DNA from: Cytophagaceae bacterium
Lineage (GTDB): Bacteria; Bacteroidota; Bacteroidia; Cytophagales; Spirosomataceae
DNA: 61,561 nt
Assembly: GCA_947452215.1 (NCBI GenBank)
Contig: CANGCD010000001.1
Coordinates: 1-61,561, forward strand
Direction of reading: 5' to 3'
Shown piece by piece: positions 57,501 through 61,561 of the stretch. Every line of letters starts with the position of its first letter. Position 1 is the first letter of the stretch. The position numbers were made by a program, and so were the translations under genes. Below the pieces are notes generated by a model that saw nothing but the letters and a program-made list of their open reading frames with translations, searched no databases and was not told the DNA's origin.

Positions 57501-60500
57501 TCGATTCCTTTCTCCACGGAATCCGGAATGCCATCGCCGTCAGAATCTGGGTCTAAGTAATTTGGTAACCCATCCCCATCTGTATCCGTTATTCCTTCGA
57601 CTGAATCGGGAATACCGTCACCGTCGGAATCCAAATCTTTGTAATCTGGAATGCCATCGCCATCAGTATCACGTGGCGATAGTGGATTTATGCCTTTTTC
57701 TGTTGCATCCGGGATGCCATCGCCATCCGAATCGGTATCCTTGTAATCCGGGATACCGTCGCCATCCGTGTCAACTGTGCCTTCCACAGCGTCAGGAATG
57801 CCGTCGCCGTCGGAATCTAGATCCAAGTAATTCGGTATGCCGTCGCCGTCTGTATCGATACTACCTTCCAACGCATCAGGAATACCATCCCCATCAGAAT
57901 CAGTATCTAAGAAATTTGGTCGGCCGTCATTATCTGTATCTACGATACCTTCAGTCGAATCGGGAATGCCATCGCCATCGCTATCTAAATCGCGGAAATT
58001 AGGAATCCCATCGCCATCGGCATCGGCTGAACCTTCGATCGCATCGGATATGCCGTCGCCATCCGAATCCAAATCTTTGTAATCCGGTGTTCCATCGCCA
58101 TCCGTGTCGCGTGTTCCTTCGACTGAGTCTGGAATACCATCGCCGTCGGAGTCCACATCGTATGGATTGGAAGCGCCGGTTCCGTCGGTATTCGGAGGTG
58201 TTAAGCCGCCATTGGCCGCTAACGGAACTCCTTGGGAATTAATAGCTCCATCCACTTTTCCGTCGGCATTTGCATCCGTTCCACCCGCTTCGATCACATC
58301 GGAAATGCCATCGCCGTCAGAATCTGTGTCCAAGTAATTTGGTATGCCGTCGCCATCAATGTCGCAAGGCATCACCGCTGGCGAACAAGCGGCATTCTCC
58401 ACGCTATCCAAGATACCATCGTTGTCCGAATCCAAATCCTTGTAATCCGGAATGCCATCGCCATCCGTATCCGGCGCGACACCTGGTCCTTTCTCCACCG
58501 CATCTGGAATGCCATCACCGTCCGTATCGAAGGTAATCGTTAAAGCCAAAGTTGCCGAAGCCGTTCCGCCCGCACCATCCGAGATGTTGTAGGTAATGAC
58601 AGGTAAAGTCCCCGCATAATTCAAGACCGGCACAAAGGTATAAGTACCATCGGCGTTCATCGTCACGGTTCCTACATTTGAAATCGTAGCTGTTTGGCCA
58701 GCAGGATACGTCGTACCGTTGATGACAAAGTCAACGACCGATAAGGTGCCATTTTCTACATCGGTATCATTTGTCAAGACATTGCCAGATAGATTGGCAT
58801 TCACCTCACCCACCTTCGTGTCATTCACCGCCACCGGAACATCATTCACAGATGTTACGGTAATCGTTATGCTTCCTGGAGTAGTCAACTGTCCATCCGA
58901 AACCGTATAAATCACCGGAGGAACATTGCCAAAATAATTCGCCACCGGCGTAAATACATAAGCCCCAGAACTTGAAATCGTTATGGTTCCCACACCTGGA
59001 ATGGTGGCCGTTTGGCCAGCAGTATAGCTAACGCCACCTACCAAGAATTGGGTAATGCTCAAAGTAGTTCCTTCCGGATCCGTGTCATTCGTCAAGACAT
59101 TACCCGTCGCTGGCGTATCTTCCGGCGTGATGACCGTTTCGGAAACAACAACCGGAGCATCGTTCACGTTTTGAATGGTTACCATCAAAGTTCCTGTACT
59201 CGTACCGCCCGTGCCATCGGTTGCCGTGTAAGAAACAACCGGAACGGCTCCACTGTAATTTGGAACACCCGTGAATGAATATGTACCATCCGCATTGAGT
59301 ACGAATGTTCCTACGTTTGGCAGGGAGACAATCGAACCTGGCGTATAAATCGTGCCATTAATCGTGAACTGCGTCACGGCTAAAGTTCCGCTTTCAATGT
59401 CTGAATCATTCGTCAATACATTGCCTGTTCCCGTGGTTCCTTCCGGTACCGTAATTACATCATTTACGATCGTTGGCGGATCGTTCACCGGCGTTACCGC
59501 CATGTTCAAGGTGGCATTCGCAGATGCACCCGAACCGTCAATGGCCGTATAGGTAATCGTAGGAACAGGACCAAAATAATTCGCCAAAGGCGTGAAAGTA
59601 AATGTTCCGTTGGCATTAATCACCAAGCTTCCTTTGCCTGGAATCGTTGCTGTTGTTCCTGCAGGATAGGTCGTACCGCCAACGCTGAATTGGGATACGC
59701 TAATAGGCGTTCCATCGGGATCGCTATCATTCGCCAAAACATTCCCCGTTATAGGCGAATCTTCTGGACCCGAAACGTTGTCGTCATTTACGGCGATTGG
59801 AGCATCATTCACAGCTGTTACCGTGATGTTCAAGGCCGCTGTCGCCACGCCACCTAAGCCATCCGTGATGGTATAATTCACCGCAGGAACCGTACCATTG
59901 TAATTCGCAAATGGCGTAAAGGTAAAGGCGCCGTTGGCTGCTACGGTGATTGTTCCCACGTTTGGAATCGTCGCCGTTGAGCCCGCTGGATAGGTCGTTG
60001 AACCCACCACAAAACTCACCAATGAAATCGCATCACCGTTTGGATCGGAATCATTCGTCAATACATTGCCAGATCTAGGAGTATCTTCCGTGGCTGTTAC
60101 CGGATCATTCGTTGCGGTTGGCGGTGTATTCGTGTCGATCACCGTAATGTTCAACAAGCCAGTATCCGTTCCGCCATTTCCATCGCTAACGGTATATGTC
60201 ACCGTAGGAACATTGCCCGAATAAGTTGGCTGAGGCGTAAATAGGTATGAACCATCCGCGTTCACCCGCATAGTCCCCACGTTCGGAATCGTAACCGTTG
60301 AACCTAAGGTAAATGGCCCCGTTACGCCTGCGATGCTATAGGAAGCAATCGTCAAGGTGTTCGATTCTGGGTCGGAGTCATTGCTCACCAAATTACCTGA
60401 AGCCGCTGCATTTTTACCTACCGTCGACGCATCATCCGTCGCCACCGGTGGCTCTGGAACATCACTTACCGTCATGATAAATGTTCCCGTTGCTGTTCCG

Positions 60501-61561
60501 CCGTTACCATCCGAAATGGTATAAGTGACTGTTGGAACCGTACCCACATATATTGGAATTGGTGTGAAGGTATAGGTTCCATCCGCATTGATGACTAAGG
60601 TTCCTACTCCTGGAATATTGGCCGCGGTACCGGCAGGATAGGTCACCCCTCCGATGCTGAATTGTGTCAACGTCAAGGTATTTCCGTCCACATCCGTGTC
60701 GGCACCGGTTAAGATATCGCCTGATTTCGCGCTGCCTTGCGGCGTTGTCGCCGTATCATTCGAAGCGACCGGCGCATCGTTGACCGCGGTAATGTTGATC
60801 GCTAAATTTGCTGTGGCTGTTCCGCCATTTCCATCGGAAATTGTATAGGTAACTGCCGAGAAAGCTCCATTATAATTCGCCGCTGGGGTGAAGGTATAGC
60901 TTCCATCTGCGTTTAATTGGAGACTACCCACGTTGGCAATGTTTGCCGTTTGACCCGCGGAATAACTTTGGCCACCAACGGTAAATTGCGTTAATGTCAA
61001 GGTATTTCCATCAACATCCGAGTCATTGGTTTTCACGTTACCAGACAAAGGCGTATCCTCGGGCGTGGTCGCTTGATCATTCACCGCCACCGGCGTATCG
61101 TTCACCGCAGTGACCGTAATGCTGAATTGGCCCGTCGCCGTATATCCTGCGCTATCCGTCGCTAAGTATGAAATGGCAGGAACGGTTCCATTATAATTCG
61201 CCAAAGGCGTGAAGGTGTATGTCCCATCTGCATTGACAACCAAAGTTCCCACATTCGGGATGGTGGCAGTCGTTCCAGCAGGATAGCTTACACCACCCAC
61301 GGTGAATTGCGTCACCGATAGAGGATCACTTTCCGCATCGGTATCATTGCTTAATACGTTGCCTGTTGCAACTCCATCTTCCGCAATGGTATTGGCATCC
61401 GCCACGGCAACCGGTGGTGTATCCTGCGGTTGAACATAAACCGTTAAGGTCGAAGTCGCTGTTGCCGTTCCGTCGCTGACCGTATAGGTCAAAACAGGGG
61501 TTGTCCCCACATAGGTATTCAGTGGTGTGAAGGTATAATTACCATTCGCCGACACGACAAA
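51545..61561 (-). CDS. Giant T9SS type-B adhesin (5' end outside window): tandem cadherin/Ig-like repeats, TSP3-like Ca-binding repeats, CTD
   Basis: Frame is open to the window edge (>3330 aa). Nine complete ~108-aa ND.PVA.ND...GNVL.ND.D...Y.FTP repeats, many DTDGDG repeats, and C-terminal PQGISPNGDG..ND...IYNRWG...LPDGTYYY. Confidence 0.92.
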   Translation of the reverse strand, partial: FVVSANGNYTFTPLNTYVGTTPVLTYTVSDGTATATSTLTVYVQPQDTPPVAVADANTIAEDGVATGNVLSNDTDAESDPLSVTQFTVGGVSYPAGTTATIPNVGTLVVNADGTYTFTPLANYNGTVPAISYLATDSAGYTATGQFSITVTAVNDTPVAVNDQATTPEDTPLSGNVKTNDSDVDGNTLTLTQFTVGGQSYSAGQTANIANVGSLQLNADGSYTFTPAANYNGAFSAVTYTISDGNGGTATANLAINITAVNDAPVASNDTATTPQGSAKSGDILTGADTDVDGNTLTLTQFSIGGVTYPAGTAANIPGVGTLVINADGTYTFTPIPIYVGTVPTVTYTISDGNGGTATGTFIMTVSDVPEPPVATDDASTVGKNAAASGNLVSNDSDPESNTLTIASYSIAGVTGPFTLGSTVTIPNVGTMRVNADGSYLFTPQPTYSGNVPTVTYTVSDGNGGTDTGLLNITVIDTNTPPTATNDPVTATEDTPRSGNVLTNDSDPNGDAISLVSFVVGSTTYPAGSTATIPNVGTITVAANGAFTFTPFANYNGTVPAVNYTITDGLGGVATAALNITVTAVNDAPIAVNDDNVSGPEDSPITGNVLANDSDPDGTPISVSQFSVGGTTYPAGTTATIPGKGSLVINANGTFTFTPLANYFGPVPTITYTAIDGSGASANATLNMAVTPVNDPPTIVNDVITVPEGTTGTGNVLTNDSDIESGTLAVTQFTINGTIYTPGSIVSLPNVGTFVLNADGTYSFTGVPNYSGAVPVVSYTATDGTGGTSTGTLMVTIQNVNDAPVVVSETVITPEDTPATGNVLTNDTDPEGTTLSITQFLVGGVSYTAGQTATIPGVGTITISSSGAYVFTPVANYFGNVPPVIYTVSDGQLTTPGSITITVTSVNDVPVAVNDTKVGEVNANLSGNVLTNDTDVENGTLSVVDFVINGTTYPAGQTATISNVGTVTMNADGTYTFVPVLNYAGTLPVITYNISDGAGGTASATLALTITFDTDGDGIPDAVEKGPGVAPDTDGDGIPDYKDLDSDNDGILDSVENAACSPAVMPCDIDGDGIPNYLDTDSDGDGISDVIEAGGTDANADGKVDGAINSQGVPLAANGGLTPPNTDGTGASNPYDVDSDGDGIPDSVEGTRDTDGDGTPDYKDLDSDGDGISDAIEGSADADGDGIPNFRDLDSDGDGIPDSTEGIVDTDNDGRPNFLDTDSDGDGIPDALEGSIDTDGDGIPNYLDLDSDGDGIPDAVEGTVDTDGDGIPDYKDTDSDGDGIPDATEKGINPLSPRDTDGDGIPDYKDLDSDGDGIPDSVEGITDTDGDGLPNYLDPDSDGDGIPDSVEKGIDPLHPLDTDGDGTPDYLDTDSDNDGILDAVEKGPNPQQPLDTDGDGIPDYRDLDSDNDGIPDAVEGTVDTDGDGIPNYRDLDSDGDGKPDQQEGAVDTDGDGTPNYLDLDSDGDGVLDTVDQCPLVAGNLASGCPLDSDNDGIPDVTDFDDDNDGILDSVENAACTPAAATCDTDGDGIPNNLDPDSDNDGISDVRESNGTDVNGDGVVDGTVDSNGVPTSANGGVTPPNTDGTGGSNPYDTDSDGDGISDNIEKGPNGNAPLDSDGDGIPNYLDTDSDGDGIPDSVERGTGTAIADTDGDGTPDYLDLDSDGDGITDAVEKGPNGATPLDTDGDGIPNFRDVDSDGDGIPDSIEGTTDTDGDGIPNYLDVDSDGDGISDAIEKGPNPLSPIDTDGDGTPDYKDLDSDGDGIPDATEGTVDTDGDGIPNYRDLDSDGDGISDAIEGTVDTDGDGIPNYKDLDSDADGISDAVEGTLDTDGDGTPNYKDLDSDGDGISDAIEGTRDTDGDGTPDYLDLDSDGDGIPDNTEGALDTDGDGIPNYRDLDSDGDGIPDAIEGTIDTDGDGRPNYLDLDSDGDGVPDSTEGNVDTDGDGMPDYLDLDSDGDGVLDATDACRVTIGDVSNNGCPTDFDGDGIIDTLDYDDDNDGILDTIENAACNPTSLSCDTDGDGIPNRFDLDSDNDGIKDVREANGIDVNADGIVDGAVDSNGVPTAANGGLTPPNTDGTGGLNPYDTDSDGDGIPDSAEKGTNGNVPRDTDGDGTPDYLDLDSDNDGILDSVEGNIDTDGDGIPNYRDLDSDGDGVIDATEVVDGTSPTNACSLIPAHQTVSAPGWSAGDCDGDGNPNNTDPHMNAPTAQNDNFVISGTGQQAFNILANDDFLAGGGITINRLVGSAGGTALGTVSFNANTGMLMYTPAPGEISGMKTVVYQVCKGIVCATATANLNFCDSNDPVVDCDGDGVRNGQEVIDGTDPLNACSLVRSSQTLTPSSAWTSGDCDGDGNPNSTDPHIATAVANNDLVQVAGSGAQTYNILANDDFLPGNSTISRLSGNAGGTALGTVSFNNVTGEMTYTPAVGETSGTKTVVYQVCKNAVCATATVTLSFCNPNDPAADCDGDGVTNGQEVIDGTNPNDACSLNFRSQSLTPSSAWLAADCDGDGVTNGVERADRTDPADPCSLLLASQVRANASSTWLAADCDGDGNPNGTDSAPLDFCVDGSGQIPVFGTPAYDYFREADCDGDGISNGLECHNGGTRCEDTDGDGTFDYMDIDSDGDGILDYSERYIDSDGDGRMDYVDLDSDNDGILDSRETAADSDGDGIPNYLDLDADGDGILDSFEGLIKYRNQVDSNNDGHVDCSVDANRNGLLDCVESSMGGASFEVPDTDGDGIPDFLDLDSDNDGILDRIELRGDPDGDGLPNYRDSDSDGDKLGDIVEGAADPDADGIPNFLDLDSDGDGISDQMEGPTTCMTCTDRVDNNESGWDDRNEFATSGWTVDTDKDGTPDFLDLDADNDGIPDAVEGTVDTDGDGIPNFRDTDSDNDGILDAVEGTVDTDGDGIPNYLDLDSDNDGIPDAVEGIRDTDGDGIPDYLDLDSDNDGIPDSVEAGKDPKHPVDTDGDGLPDYLDLDSDNDGIPDTVEAGKDPKRPVDTDKDGIPDFQDTDSDNDGIPDAVEAGKDAKQPVDTDKDGIPDYQDIDSDNDGIPDSIEAGKDPINPVDTDGDGIPDFRDLDSDNDGIPDAVEGTRDSDGDGIPDFRDLDSDNDGIPDEIEAGKDPKRPVDSDGDGIPDYRDIDSDNDGIPDAVEGKRDTDGDGLPDYLDLDADNDGYSDKHEAGANPANPVDTDKDGVPDYRDLDSDNDGITDALEDDLNYGALPDCDHDGIENRIDPDQCETFAPQGISPNGDGQNDVLIIPGIMRKGNNTLTIYNRWGNIVYQKDNYQNDWGGQTDRAFNLTNDDNLLPDGTYYYVIDFKGKYPEIGQYVYINRLEK

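Noticed and set aside
51952-60848. Numerous short ORFs inside the giant adhesin genes (also 17059-21912)
   Set aside because: Antisense or off-frame by-products of stop-poor repetitive codons (MPSPSES..., RHH-rich).

Overview
Gene-dense chromosomal segment of a Bacteroidota (Cytophagales-like) bacterium. The assignment rests on TAnnTTTG promoters, T9SS genes and compact spacing; a streamlined freshwater Aquirufa-like organism is my inference only. Housekeeping genes (mazG partial, uvrB, pdhA, recF, lptF/G, gmhB-like) are mixed with orphan carbohydrate enzymes (GH16, GH97, GH32, debranching-type GH) and a BNR/sodium-symporter/DHDPS catabolic operon. The window also carries a PepSY plus ApbE-DUF2271 flavinylation module next to a c-type cytochrome, and two paralogous modules each made of a giant T9SS type-B surface protein plus a PorP/SprF gene. 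I saw no rRNA, tRNA, CRISPR, integrase or transposase. The main leads are: (i) a 597-aa hypothetical protein whose motifs match FabK/FabX/nitronate-monooxygenase FMN barrels, with extra cysteines and an FNR-like box upstream; (ii) two giant Ca-binding adhesins that share a homologous C-terminal stalk but have different N-terminal parts; (iii) two REP-like palindrome families, one bracketing the GH97 gene as ~70-bp direct repeats and one forming a 3x90-bp BIME-like array; (iv) several apparently leaderless genes; (v) a local G/C skew oscillation.
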